Under the pieces are notes generated by a model. The model was not told where the DNA came from. It searched no databases and saw nothing but the letters and a program-made list of their open reading frames with translations. From Halanaerobiales bacterium (GTDB taxonomy: Bacteria; Bacillota; Halanaerobiia; Halanaerobiales; M55B127), in NCBI GenBank assembly GCA_018399995.1, contig JAGYMU010000002.1:7795-71794 (forward strand): a DNA stretch of 64,000 nucleotides. Reading direction: 5' to 3'. The stretch's first letter is position 1. Each line of letters opens with the position of its first letter. The position numbers were made by a program, and so were the translations under genes. Shown here one piece after another: positions 37,418 to 47,804 of the stretch.

Positions 37418-38593
37418 ATGGTAAAAAAATATTTAATGACCTCAGAATCTGTAACAGAAGGCCATCCAGATAAAATTGCAGATAAAATATCAGATTCAAT
37501 TTTGGATGCCATACTAACACTTGATAAAGATGCCAGAGTTGCCTGTGAAACCCTTGTGACCACTGGTTTAGCCTTTATTTCTGGGGAGATAACAACTGAT
37601 TGCTATGTTGACTTTACAGATATTGTAAGAAGTACTATTCTTGATATTGGATATAATAGGGCTAAATATGGTTTTGATGGTGAAACATGTGGGGTAATCA
37701 CTTCCTTAAAAGAACAGTCTGCTGATATTGCCTTAGGTGTAGATCAGTCCTTTGAATCCAAAGAAAAAGAAATAGAAAAAGAATTGGGAGCTGGTGATCA
37801 GGGTATTATGTATGGATATGCAACTGATGAAACTAAAGAATATATGCCCTTACCAATTACTCTAGCTCATAAACTGGCCCGCAGATTGGCTGAGGTCAGG
37901 AAAAAAAATATAATAGATTATTTAAGACCTGATGGTAAGACACAGGTTACAATAGAGTATGATAACAATACTCCCGTAAGAGTAGACAAAGTATTAATTT
38001 CAGCTCAGCATCATCCCGAAGTTGCTCAAAATACTATTAAAAGAGATCTGACTGAATTTGTTATTAAAGAAATTATTGATCCGAAGTTTATTGATGATGA
38101 TATGGAGATTTTAATTAATCCCACAGGACGGTTTGTAATTGGAGGGCCTCATGGAGATGCCGGTTTGACCGGCCGTAAAATTATAGTAGATACTTATGGT
38201 GGTACTGCCCGTCACGGTGGAGGTGCCTTTTCAGGTAAAGATCCAACTAAGGTTGATAGGTCAGCTTCATATGCTGCCCGACATATCGCTAAAAATATTG
38301 TAGCAGTAGGGTTGGCAAAAAAATGTGAGGTTCAACTTTCATATGCAATAGGAGTTGCACAACCACTTTCAGTAATGGTTGAGACCTTTGATACATCAAA
38401 AATAAAAGAAGCTAGATTAATAAAAGTTGTAAAGAAACTCTTTGATTTAACTCCTGGTGGTATTATTGATAAATTTGATCTTATGAGACCAATATACAGC
38501 CAGATTACAAATTATGGACATTTTGGTCGTTCAGATTTAGATTTACCCTGGGAAAGACTTGATATGATAGAAGCATTACAAAAAGAGATCTAA
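37418..38593 (+). CDS. metK: S-adenosylmethionine synthase
   Basis: 391-aa ORF. Motifs [24 protein letters not shown] and GGGAFSGKD. Confidence 0.97.
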   Translation: MVKKYLMTSESVTEGHPDKIADKISDSILDAILTLDKDARVACETLVTTGLAFISGEITTDCYVDFTDIVRSTILDIGYNRAKYGFDGETCGVITSLKEQSADIALGVDQSFESKEKEIEKELGAGDQGIMYGYATDETKEYMPLPITLAHKLARRLAEVRKKNIIDYLRPDGKTQVTIEYDNNTPVRVDKVLISAQHHPEVAQNTIKRDLTEFVIKEIIDPKFIDDDMEILINPTGRFVIGGPHGDAGLTGRKIIVDTYGGTARHGGGAFSGKDPTKVDRSASYAARHIAKNIVAVGLAKKCEVQLSYAIGVAQPLSVMVETFDTSKIKEARLIKVVKKLFDLTPGGIIDKFDLMRPIYSQITNYGHFGRSDLDLPWERLDMIEALQKEI

Positions 38594-38603
38594 AATATAC
38601 TTT

Positions 38604-38630
38604 ACCGGAGGAGTTACTTCCTTCGGTTTT
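38604..38630 (+). terminator. Rho-independent terminator after metK
   Basis: 9-bp stem ACCGGAGGA/TCCTTCGGT (one G-U pair) with a 6-nt loop, followed by TTTT. Confidence 0.6.
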
Positions 38631-38656
38631 GCCTTGCCTTAAAAGAGGTGAATACA

Positions 38657-39706
38657 ATGAAGAGTCAACAAAAAACTATAGATCGCAAAACCGTATACAG
38701 GGGTCTTAAAATTGCTGTAATATTAAGTTTGATGATTTCTGCTATTATTATATTAATTACTATAGATGAGGATACATTACAGCGAGTTTTGAAAAATTTA
38801 GAACTCAAATATATTCTAATCATTTTAGGATTATTATTGATTAATTTGATTTCTGCCGGACAGAGAATAAGGGTCATGATTAAGTCAATTGATAGGCCTT
38901 TGAGTCTTATAGATTGTATGGTAATACACATATCCGGGGCATTTGTTTCTAACGTAACTCCTTTTTCAAGTGGGGGTGGTCCCTTTCAGATATATTTTCT
39001 CCATAAAAAAGGTGTAAATGTTGGTAAGGCTTCCACAGCAGTTGTAATTAATTTTTTATTAAGGTTGTTCTATTTTGGTATACTTACTCCTATATTTTTA
39101 ATCTTTTTTAGTAAATATATCAGCCCCGGTGTAATCCCAAAATATATATTCTATTTGGCTTTTGGTATGGGGATCTTGTTTTCAATAGGAATTATTTTAT
39201 TAACCCTGGTTCCACAAATTACCGACAGATTAATTAATTATATTTTAAAAATCAATAAGATTAATAAGCTTATAAAAAACAGTTATAAGGCGAAAAAGTG
39301 GATGGTGAAAAGCAGAAGAGAACTTGCTGATTTTAGAAGGTCTTTAATTTTGCTTAAAAATAATAAAAAAGCTTTATTCTGGGGCGCATTTTATACTGTA
39401 ATTTTTTGGACCAGTCTTTTTATGATAATGCCTGTATTATTAATTGCATTTGGGGCAGAACCTCATTTTTTGCAGGCATATATCATGCAGACAATATTTT
39501 ATTTAATAATACCCTATACACCCACCCCTGGAGCTAGCGGGGTTGCTGAGATAGGTTTTGCCTCTTTATTTGTAGCTATTATTCCAAAAGATATTATTGG
39601 TCTGGTTACTTTTAGCTGGAGATTATTCACATTTTATTTCATACTTGTAGTAGGAGGATTTTTCGCCCTGCGAGAAATTAGCAAAAAGAGGAACAATAAT
39701 GAATAA
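38657..39706 (+). CDS. Flippase-like / lysylphosphatidylglycerol-synthase-TM-region family membrane protein (UPF0104)
   Basis: The track ORF starts at GTG 38648. I use ATG 38657, 6 nt after GAGGTG. Polytopic membrane protein with about 8 TM segments. The family assignment rests on overall pattern and is tentative. Confidence 0.6.
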   Translation: MKSQQKTIDRKTVYRGLKIAVILSLMISAIIILITIDEDTLQRVLKNLELKYILIILGLLLINLISAGQRIRVMIKSIDRPLSLIDCMVIHISGAFVSNVTPFSSGGGPFQIYFLHKKGVNVGKASTAVVINFLLRLFYFGILTPIFLIFFSKYISPGVIPKYIFYLAFGMGILFSIGIILLTLVPQITDRLINYILKINKINKLIKNSYKAKKWMVKSRRELADFRRSLILLKNNKKALFWGAFYTVIFWTSLFMIMPVLLIAFGAEPHFLQAYIMQTIFYLIIPYTPTPGASGVAEIGFASLFVAIIPKDIIGLVTFSWRLFTFYFILVVGGFFALREISKKRNNNE

Positions 39707-41933
39707 ATACGCAGAAGTTGCGGTGGATGTACCGGTTACAAAATTTGATAAAGTTTATGATTATAAAATTCCGGCGGATATGAAAGACAAATTGCAGATC
39801 GGAATGGCTGTAAGGGTTCCTTTTGGTAAATTAAAGCCAAGTTCTTTTGTATTGAATATAAAGGAGACAACAAAGGTTCAAGAAGATAAAATCAAAACAA
39901 TAGACAGCTTCATATCTGAAGAAAAGTTCTTTGAAAAAAAAGATTTACATTTATATAGATGGGTGAGTGATTATTACTGTACCTTATTAATAAATGTTAT
40001 TAAGGCAGCTGTTCCAACGGCTGTTTATCGGGGAAATATAAAAAAGAAGACTGTCAAAAAGGTTTATCTAAAAGCCCCAGAAGATGAGATAAAAATGATT
40101 TTAAATAAATTAAAAAATAGGGCCCCCAGCCAGTATAAGGTGATGAAATTTTTTCAAGAACATCCAAACACCAAACTGAGGGTGAGAGATCTCGTTGGAA
40201 ACCTTGAGGTATACAGGGGTGCTGTTGACAGTTTAGTAGATAAAAACTTCCTGGATTTCGAAACAAATGTTATAAGGAGAATAGCTGATAGGGATTTCGA
40301 CAGTCAATTGGTTGAAGATTTAACCCCTACTCCCTCTCAGAAGAAAGTTTTAAATAAGATCAATAAAGGCTTTTTGGATAAAAAAAGTGTCACATATCTT
40401 TTACATGGAGTGACAGGTTCTGGTAAGACAGAAGTATATATGCAATTGATTAGAAATGTACTAGAAAATAAAAAAGGGGCAATTCTTTTAGTTCCAGAGA
40501 TATCTCTGACACCGTTAATGGTGAAAAGATTTTACAGTAGATTTAAGGGTAAAATAGCAGTTTTACATTCTGCCCTTTCTTCAGGTGAAAGGTATGATGA
40601 ATGGAGAAGAATTAAAAAAGGAGATGCTCAAATTGTGATTGGAGCAAGGTCTGCAATTTTTGCTCCGGTTAAGAATTTGGGCTTAATTATTATTGATGAG
40701 GAACACGAGAATTCATATAAACAAAGTACTCATCCCTATTATCATGCTAGAGAAGTTGCAAAAAAACGGGCTGAAATAAATAATATAGATTTAGTATTGG
40801 GTTCTGCTACTCCTTCTTTAGAAAGTTATTATAAAGCTAAAACAGGTGTTTATCAATACTTATCTTTACCGGTGAGAATTGAAAATAAAGAGATGCCCCC
40901 GGTTAAGATAATAAATATGACAGAAGAGCTTAAGAAGGGTAATCCCTCGATTTTCAGTATGTATTTACAAAACAACTTACAAAAGACCTTAAAAAATGAT
41001 GAACAGGCCATCCTTTTTTTAAACAGAAGGGGATATTCGAACTTTGTTCTCTGTCGCAGTTGTGGACAGGTTATTAAATGTGATGAATGTGATATATCTA
41101 TGACTTATCATCAAAATAGAGACAAGTTGATCTGTCACTATTGTGGAAATACAAAGGATATGCCTAAATATTGTCCTAACTGCAGCAGTAAATATATTAA
41201 GGATTTTGGTATCGGAACAGAAAGAATTGAAAAAGAGGTAAATAAACTGTTCCCTGAGGCTGTAGTTAGTAGGATGGATTATGATACTACAACTAAAAAA
41301 GGTGCTCATCGCAAGATTTTAAACAAATTAGAAAATAATGAAATTGATATTTTAGTTGGTACACAAATGGTTGCCAAGGGACACGATTACCCCAATATTT
41401 CTCTGGTGGGTGTAGTGACTGCAGATACGATAATAAACCTGCCTGATTTCAGATCAGCTGAAAGAACATTTCAGCTTTTAACCCAGGTAGCAGGTCGGAC
41501 AGGCCGTGGTAAGAAGGTGGGGAATGTTGTGATTCAGACCTATAATCCTGATCATTATAGTGTTTTAGCAGCTAAAGAGCATGATTATCAATATTTTTTT
41601 AAAAAGGAGATAAGACTGCGTAAGGCACTAAATTATCCACCTTTTATTCATCTTATAAAAATAACCACTGTACATCAAAATAAAAATAAAGCTGAAAAAG
41701 CAGCTAGAAAATTATATAATTATTTAAAAGACTGTAAGGCAAAGAAGATAATTGGTCCTTCTCCAGCCCCCATTGAGCGTATCAGGGGAGAATATAGAGT
41801 TCAGATTTTACTGAAATTTGCTATAATAGAAGAAAGGAAGAAGCTGTTAGTTGATTTAAAAGAAGGATTTCTTAAAAAGCTAAGCACAAATGTAAAGTAT
41901 AATATTGATGTAGATCCGATATCAATGTTATAA
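39699..41933 (+). CDS. priA: Primosomal replication-restart helicase PriA
   Basis: 744-aa ORF. Walker A GVTGSGKTEVY, DEEH box, and Cys-rich zinc-binding insertion (CRSCG..CDECD...CHYCG...CPNC). Confidence 0.95.
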   Translation: MNKYAEVAVDVPVTKFDKVYDYKIPADMKDKLQIGMAVRVPFGKLKPSSFVLNIKETTKVQEDKIKTIDSFISEEKFFEKKDLHLYRWVSDYYCTLLINVIKAAVPTAVYRGNIKKKTVKKVYLKAPEDEIKMILNKLKNRAPSQYKVMKFFQEHPNTKLRVRDLVGNLEVYRGAVDSLVDKNFLDFETNVIRRIADRDFDSQLVEDLTPTPSQKKVLNKINKGFLDKKSVTYLLHGVTGSGKTEVYMQLIRNVLENKKGAILLVPEISLTPLMVKRFYSRFKGKIAVLHSALSSGERYDEWRRIKKGDAQIVIGARSAIFAPVKNLGLIIIDEEHENSYKQSTHPYYHAREVAKKRAEINNIDLVLGSATPSLESYYKAKTGVYQYLSLPVRIENKEMPPVKIINMTEELKKGNPSIFSMYLQNNLQKTLKNDEQAILFLNRRGYSNFVLCRSCGQVIKCDECDISMTYHQNRDKLICHYCGNTKDMPKYCPNCSSKYIKDFGIGTERIEKEVNKLFPEAVVSRMDYDTTTKKGAHRKILNKLENNEIDILVGTQMVAKGHDYPNISLVGVVTADTIINLPDFRSAERTFQLLTQVAGRTGRGKKVGNVVIQTYNPDHYSVLAAKEHDYQYFFKKEIRLRKALNYPPFIHLIKITTVHQNKNKAEKAARKLYNYLKDCKAKKIIGPSPAPIERIRGEYRVQILLKFAIIEERKKLLVDLKEGFLKKLSTNVKYNIDVDPISML

Positions 41934-41954
41934 TATTAAAAAGAGGTGATTAAA

Positions 41955-42416
41955 ATGGCTGTAATGCCAATAAGAAAAATTGGAGATCCCGTTTTAAGAA
42001 GCAGATCAAAAGAGATTCAAAAAGTAAATGAAGCTACAAAAGAGTTAATAAATAACATGGTGGATTCTATGGAGGCAGCTGAGGGTATTGGCCTGGCAGC
42101 TCCACAGATTGGTATTTTGCAGCGTGTTATAATAGTTGAAATTGATGGTGAATTAATGGCAACTATAAATCCGGTTGCTAAAAAAAAGCGGGGTAAGTCT
42201 CTATCAGAAGAAGGTTGTTTGAGTGTGCCCGGGAAAACAGGATTGGTTGAAAGGGCTGAAGAGGTTAAAATTATCGGTCTAAATAAAGATGGTCAAGAAG
42301 TAGAATATGATTTAGAGGGTATAAAAGCCAGGGCCTTTTTACATGAAATAGATCATCTTGATGGTATTTTGTTTGTTGATAAAGCGCAAAAAATTATGGA
42401 AACATCATCGGAGTGA
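41955..42416 (+). CDS. def: Peptide deformylase
   Basis: The track ORF starts at GTG 41946. I use ATG 41955, 6 nt after GAGGTG. Motifs GIGLAAPQ, EGCLSVPG and HEIDHLDG. Confidence 0.95.
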   Translation: MAVMPIRKIGDPVLRSRSKEIQKVNEATKELINNMVDSMEAAEGIGLAAPQIGILQRVIIVEIDGELMATINPVAKKKRGKSLSEEGCLSVPGKTGLVERAEEVKIIGLNKDGQEVEYDLEGIKARAFLHEIDHLDGILFVDKAQKIMETSSE

Positions 42417-42420
42417 TAAG

Positions 42421-43365
42421 ATGAAATTGATTTTTGCTGGTACACCTGATTTTGCTGTTTTAAGTTTAAGAAAATTGTATAATAATGATCAAATAGAAAT
42501 TAAAGCAGTTATAACACAACCTGACCGCAGACAGGGTAGAGGTAAAAAAGTTCAATATCCACCTGTAAAAAAAGAGGCTTTAAATCTGGAGTTAAAAGTA
42601 ATGCAGCCTCAAAATATAAATGATGATGATTTTATAAGAGAAATAGAAAAAATGGGTATAGATCTTATTGTAGTGGTTGCTTATGGTCAGATTTTATCAA
42701 AGAAGATACTTAATATGCCCCACTATGGTTGTATAAATTTACATGCTTCATTATTACCTGTATACAGGGGATCCAGCCCTATACAGCAGGCGATAATGGA
42801 CGGCAGGAAAAAAACTGGTGTTACGACTATGTTTATGGATAAAGGGCTTGATACAGGTGATATAATCTATCAAAAAGAAGTAGAAATTAAAAGAAATTAT
42901 AATGCAGGAGATCTACATGATAGATTGGCTCAAATAGGAGCGGATCTCTTAGATAAAACGCTGACTGATTTAAGCCGAAACGATCTAACAAGGCGCAAAC
43001 AAAATGAATCAAAGGCAAGTTATACAAATAAGTTAAGTAAAGAAGATGGACTTATTGATTGGGAAAAGACAAATCAAAAACTTTATTACTTTGTTAAAGC
43101 GATGAATCCTTGGCCTGGTTCATTTACTTATCTCAATGGCCAATTATTAAAAATATTCGAGGCAGAACCTATTAAGAGAAATACTGATAAAAAGCCTGGT
43201 AGTATTGTTGAGGCTGATCCCAAAAAAGGATTGATAGTTCAGACCGGTCGAGGTCTATTGAAACTGAATAAACTGCAGTTAGCCGGAAGAAAAAAAATGT
43301 CATCATCTGATTTTCTCAGGGGTAATAAGATAGAACAGGATATTAAATTTGAAGATAAGGAGTGA
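42421..43365 (+). CDS. fmt: Methionyl-tRNA formyltransferase
   Basis: The track ORF begins at 42358 inside def. The real start is ATG 42421 (MKLIFAGTPDFAV), after GGAG. Motif HASLLPVYRG. Confidence 0.95.
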   Translation: MKLIFAGTPDFAVLSLRKLYNNDQIEIKAVITQPDRRQGRGKKVQYPPVKKEALNLELKVMQPQNINDDDFIREIEKMGIDLIVVVAYGQILSKKILNMPHYGCINLHASLLPVYRGSSPIQQAIMDGRKKTGVTTMFMDKGLDTGDIIYQKEVEIKRNYNAGDLHDRLAQIGADLLDKTLTDLSRNDLTRRKQNESKASYTNKLSKEDGLIDWEKTNQKLYYFVKAMNPWPGSFTYLNGQLLKIFEAEPIKRNTDKKPGSIVEADPKKGLIVQTGRGLLKLNKLQLAGRKKMSSSDFLRGNKIEQDIKFEDKE

Positions 43366-43370
43366 TTGAT

Positions 43371-44057
43371 ATGTTCTTTTATGACCCTACCATTATAATT
43401 TTAATACCAGCACTACTGATTGCGATGTATGCTCAATATAAAGTTAAAAACACCTTTAAAAAATATTCTGAAGTACTTTCAAATTCAAATAAAACAGCAG
43501 CAGAGATAGCCCAAGACCTGCTGTTTAAAAATGATATAAATGATATTAATGTAAAAAAGATCAAGGGCAATCTAAATGATCATTATGATCCTAAAAACAA
43601 GGTTTTAAATCTATCAGAGGGAATATATGGTAGTAAGTCAGTGGCAGCTATTGGCATAGCTGCTCATGAAGCTGGCCATGCTATTCAGGATGCTCGGGGT
43701 TATACACCACTAAAAATTAGGGCTAAAATCGTTCCTGCCGCCAGTATCGGTTCGAGTTGGGGTTTGCCCCTGGCAATAGTTGGCTTCTTTTTACAGTCAC
43801 AGACTATGATTGCTCTGGGTTTTATCATGTTTTTAGGGGCCCTGATTTTTCATTTGATAACCCTACCTGTTGAATTTGACGCCAGTAATAAAGCATTGAC
43901 ACTTTTAAAAAGAAATAATATATTAAATAATGATGAACTAAAAGGAGCCAAAAAGGTTTTAAGAGCAGCGGCTTTCACTTATGTATCAGCTACTCTAATA
44001 GCTATTGTTAATCTGGTTAGAATAGTACTTCTATTTGGAATGGGCAGAAATGATTAA
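43371..44057 (+). CDS. Membrane zinc metallopeptidase (YugP-like, putative neutral zinc metallopeptidase family)
   Basis: ATG 43371, 12 nt after AAGGAG. HEAGHAIQ zinc motif between TM segments. Confidence 0.75.
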   Translation: MFFYDPTIIILIPALLIAMYAQYKVKNTFKKYSEVLSNSNKTAAEIAQDLLFKNDINDINVKKIKGNLNDHYDPKNKVLNLSEGIYGSKSVAAIGIAAHEAGHAIQDARGYTPLKIRAKIVPAASIGSSWGLPLAIVGFFLQSQTMIALGFIMFLGALIFHLITLPVEFDASNKALTLLKRNNILNNDELKGAKKVLRAAAFTYVSATLIAIVNLVRIVLLFGMGRND

Positions 44058-45111
44058 AACCAGTATCTTAAACTTTACTTTAGAAGAACTAAAAGAAGAT
44101 TTCAAAATAAAAGGCATAAAACAATATAGAGCAAAACAGGTTTTTAACTGGATATATAGAAATGGTATATTAGAGTTTACAAATATGAACAATTTACCTA
44201 ATAATTTAATTAAAGGACTTAAAAAAAACTATAAAATAACTTCAATTGAACTGGATAAGAAACTAATTTCTGAAGATGGCACATTAAAATATCTCTGGAA
44301 AACTGAAGATAATGAATTGCTGGAAAGCGTTTTTTTGCCATATGAAGAGGACAGTAGGTATTCGATCTGTGTTTCCAGTCAAATTGGTTGTTCATTAGGT
44401 TGTAAATTCTGTGCCACAGGTATTGATGGTTTGAAAAGAGATCTAAGTACAGGGGAAATAGTTGAGCAAGTATTACAAATACAGGTTGATGTCAGTCACA
44501 GGGAATTTAAAATTCCACAAATAACAAATATAGTATTTATGGGAATGGGGGAACCGTTTTTAAATTACGATAATGTCATGAAGGCTGTACAAATTTTAAA
44601 TAGCCGCAAGGCTTTTAATATAGCCAAAAGAAAAATAACTATTTCTACGGCTGGTGTAGTTGATAAAATAATAAGAGTTGCTGAAAGTGAAGAACAGCTG
44701 GGGCTGGCCATATCACTTAATGCTCCTAATGATCAATTAAGGGATAAATTAATGCCCATCAATAAAAAGTACAATATAAAAAAAATAATGAAGGCAGTCG
44801 ATTATTATATTCAAAAAACAAATCGGAGGGTTAGTTTTGAATATGTCTTAATGAAAGGGATCAACGACAAAGAAGTTCATCTCTTTCAACTGATATCTCT
44901 TTTAAAAAACAAGCTTGTTCATCTAAATTTAATTCCTTTAAACCCTGTTTCAGAATTGAATATAAGTAGGCCTTCTCAAGAAGTTATTGATCATTTTCAA
45001 AAAAAGCTCAGGGAGAATAATATTACTGTTACAATTAGAAAAGAGAAGGGAACAAATATTAAGGCAGCCTGTGGACAGCTGAGGTCCAGTCATAAAAATG
45101 GAGGTTCATAA
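44050..45111 (+). CDS. rlmN: 23S rRNA (adenine2503-C2)/tRNA methyltransferase RlmN (radical SAM)
   Basis: Radical-SAM CSLGCKFCATG motif and a C-terminal AACGQL motif. The start is uncertain (ATG 44050 or TTG 44035). Confidence 0.9.
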   Translation: MIKTSILNFTLEELKEDFKIKGIKQYRAKQVFNWIYRNGILEFTNMNNLPNNLIKGLKKNYKITSIELDKKLISEDGTLKYLWKTEDNELLESVFLPYEEDSRYSICVSSQIGCSLGCKFCATGIDGLKRDLSTGEIVEQVLQIQVDVSHREFKIPQITNIVFMGMGEPFLNYDNVMKAVQILNSRKAFNIAKRKITISTAGVVDKIIRVAESEEQLGLAISLNAPNDQLRDKLMPINKKYNIKKIMKAVDYYIQKTNRRVSFEYVLMKGINDKEVHLFQLISLLKNKLVHLNLIPLNPVSELNISRPSQEVIDHFQKKLRENNITVTIRKEKGTNIKAACGQLRSSHKNGGS

Positions 45112-45827
45112 TGAGTTTTCAAGTCTTTAGTAATATCGGCAATAACCGAGAAAAAAATGAAGACAGCTATTTGATAAAACCCATAAAAGGGGAAATTCAT
45201 ATACTGGCTGTTGCTGATGGGATGGGTGGACATCAGGCAGGTGAAATAGCGAGCAGAATTGCAACAGAGAGTATAAAAAATTATTCTTTTGATTTTAAAG
45301 ATCAAAAGGATATAAAAGGTCAGATTAATTCTGCTGTAATTGAAGCTAATCATAATATTATTGATTACTCAAAAAAACATGAAGACTGCCAAGATATGGG
45401 GACTACTTTGACAATGTGTTTGATAGTAGATCAAGTAATGTATTATGGGCATGTTGGTGATAGTAGGGTCTATATTTTCAACGAGAAACTCCAACAGATA
45501 ACGAAAGATCATTCACTAGTTAATGATCTTGTTGATAATAATTCAATTAAACCAGAACAGGTATTCAATCATCCTGATCGCAATATAATTACACAAGCCC
45601 TCGGTATTGATAGAAATTTGAAAGTTCAAATAAACCAGATTAGTGTTAGTAAAAAAGATACAATAATGTTATGTACAGATGGTTTGTCTGATATGATACG
45701 CTTTGATGAAATAGAAAAAATATTAAAAGAAAATAATGATATAGAAGTTATTTTGCAAAAGTTAGGAGCCGCGGCTTTACAAAACGGTGGAAATGATAAT
45801 ATCACTATAATAATGGGTAAGATTTAA
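45111..45827 (+). CDS. prpC: PP2C-family Ser/Thr protein phosphatase (PrpC/Stp)
   Basis: The start overlaps the rlmN stop (TAATG). Motifs NEDS, ADGMGGH and DGLSD...GGNDNIT. Upstream of the PASTA kinase gene. Confidence 0.92.
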   Translation: MSFQVFSNIGNNREKNEDSYLIKPIKGEIHILAVADGMGGHQAGEIASRIATESIKNYSFDFKDQKDIKGQINSAVIEANHNIIDYSKKHEDCQDMGTTLTMCLIVDQVMYYGHVGDSRVYIFNEKLQQITKDHSLVNDLVDNNSIKPEQVFNHPDRNIITQALGIDRNLKVQINQISVSKKDTIMLCTDGLSDMIRFDEIEKILKENNDIEVILQKLGAAALQNGGNDNITIIMGKI

Positions 45828-45844
45828 CAATATGAGGTGTCAAA

Positions 45845-47791
45845 ATGATTGGAAAGTTATTGAATAATAGGTATAAAATAAAAGAAAAAAAAGGCAGTGG
45901 GGGAATGGCATTAGTCTTTAAAGCCCAGGACATATTGCTTGACCGTGAGGTTGCAATTAAAATGTTAAGGCCGGAATTTGTATCTGATGAAGACTTTATT
46001 AACAAATTTAGGCACGAGGCCAAGTCTGTGGCCAGAATTACTCATCCTAATGTTGTCAGTATTTATGATATAGTAGAAGGTGAAGATAGCCTTTATCTAG
46101 TTATGGAATATATAAGGGGTGAAAATTTAAAAAGCATCATTAAAAAAAGGGGAAAATTAACCTTAGTTGAAGCCTTAGACATAGCCAATCAAATAACTGC
46201 TGGTGTTGAAGTAGCTCATAAAAATAACATAATACACTGTGACATAAAACCCCATAATATTTTGATTACTGAAAATAATCAGGTTAAAGTTACTGACTTT
46301 GGTATTGCCCGGGCTGTATCTACTTCAACAATGACAATTACAGATACTGTAATGGGCAGTGCTCATTACTTTTCACCTGAACAGGCCCAGGGTAAAGAGA
46401 TAAATACATATTCTGATATTTATTCAATAGGTGTTGTTTTATATGAAATGATAACTGGTGAAGTTCCCTTTAAAGGTGAAAGCCCAATTTCTGTGGCATT
46501 AAAACATATCCAAAATGAACCTAAAGAGCTGAAAGAAGTTCTGCCCTCTGTTCCTGAGAAAGTCAATGAACTTATTATGAAGACTTTGGCCAAAGATCCA
46601 GAAGAACGCCACGATAATGCTACAGATTTAAGGGAAGATATAGTAGAAACATTAAAATATGTTAAATCTGAACCAGGATTTAATGAAGAAACCAAAAACT
46701 CAAATAAAAGTGAAACAAAGATACTAAAAACATCTGAAATAACAAGCAAGAGTCTAGAAAGCAAACAAAATAATACTAAAGATAATCGTAGAACAAACAA
46801 CAGAAATTATTATACCCCAGATAAAAAACAATCTAGTAAATTAAATAAGTGGATTGTTTGGGTTATAGTTATTATGCTTTTGTTTTCAGCAGCAGCATTT
46901 GCAGTTATTTATTTTTTTAAGGTATATACAGAAGTTCCTATTGTAAAGGTTCCTGATTTATTAGAAAAAGAATATAATGAAGCGGTTGATATAGCTTCTC
47001 AACAGGGTTTAAGTCTGCAGAAATCTGAGGAAGAGATTTTTCATAATAAAATTGAAGAAGGTCATATAGTTACTCAGGAGCCTTCACCGGGTGAAAGGAT
47101 CAAACAGACCAGGAAGATAGTTGTTTCTGTAAGTAAAGGGCCTAAGGTAGTAGAACTACCTGACTTCAATAATAGGCCATTAAGGGATGCACAGGTTATC
47201 TTAGAGAATCTTGGTTTGACTGCAGAGCAGATTGAATATGAATACAGTGAACAAATAAGGGAAAATCATATAATCTCACAATCCCCTGAAGCGGATAGTC
47301 AAATTGATGTCAATACGGAAATTGAACTAATAGTTAGTAATGGTCCAAGTCCTATTATGGTAAAAATGCCTGCTCTGCTAGGTGTTGAAAAAGGCAGAGC
47401 ATTTGATCTTATAAAAAATAAGGGGTTGAATGTAGGTAGGTTAAATTACAGTGAGTCAACCCGATATGATGAAGGTTTAATTTTCTATCAACAGTTTTCA
47501 GCCGGGGAAGATGTACCAGAAAATAGTGATGTCAATTTAGGAATAAGTACCGGATTAATCAATAATGATAATTTTGAGGAACACAAAACAAATATAGGAA
47601 TCAACGTTGTGGGTAGTGATAAACAGGAAATAAAGATTATTGTAAAGGACAGCAATGGTGAAGAAGTTGTCTATCAAAAAGTACATAGTCCTGGACAGTA
47701 TTTAAATAAAACCATTTATAGTGTGGGACCTACAGTTTTAGAAATTTATCGTGATGGTGAATTAATAAAATCACAAGAAATAGGAGTATAA
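45845..47791 (+). CDS. prkC: PASTA-domain Ser/Thr protein kinase PrkC/PknB
   Basis: Hanks kinase motifs (GSGGMALVFKA, HCDIKPHN, DFGIAR, SPEQ), one TM helix, three PASTA repeats and a C-terminal beta-rich domain. Confidence 0.95.
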   Translation: MIGKLLNNRYKIKEKKGSGGMALVFKAQDILLDREVAIKMLRPEFVSDEDFINKFRHEAKSVARITHPNVVSIYDIVEGEDSLYLVMEYIRGENLKSIIKKRGKLTLVEALDIANQITAGVEVAHKNNIIHCDIKPHNILITENNQVKVTDFGIARAVSTSTMTITDTVMGSAHYFSPEQAQGKEINTYSDIYSIGVVLYEMITGEVPFKGESPISVALKHIQNEPKELKEVLPSVPEKVNELIMKTLAKDPEERHDNATDLREDIVETLKYVKSEPGFNEETKNSNKSETKILKTSEITSKSLESKQNNTKDNRRTNNRNYYTPDKKQSSKLNKWIVWVIVIMLLFSAAAFAVIYFFKVYTEVPIVKVPDLLEKEYNEAVDIASQQGLSLQKSEEEIFHNKIEEGHIVTQEPSPGERIKQTRKIVVSVSKGPKVVELPDFNNRPLRDAQVILENLGLTAEQIEYEYSEQIRENHIISQSPEADSQIDVNTEIELIVSNGPSPIMVKMPALLGVEKGRAFDLIKNKGLNVGRLNYSESTRYDEGLIFYQQFSAGEDVPENSDVNLGISTGLINNDNFEEHKTNIGINVVGSDKQEIKIIVKDSNGEEVVYQKVHSPGQYLNKTIYSVGPTVLEIYRDGELIKSQEIGV

Positions 47792-47804
47792 AAGGAGGTT
47801 TTTA

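Noticed and set aside
46420-46800. 126-aa antisense ORF inside prkC.
   Set aside because: Shadow ORF opposite the kinase juxtamembrane region. It has no RBS and a low-complexity Ser/Leu-rich product.
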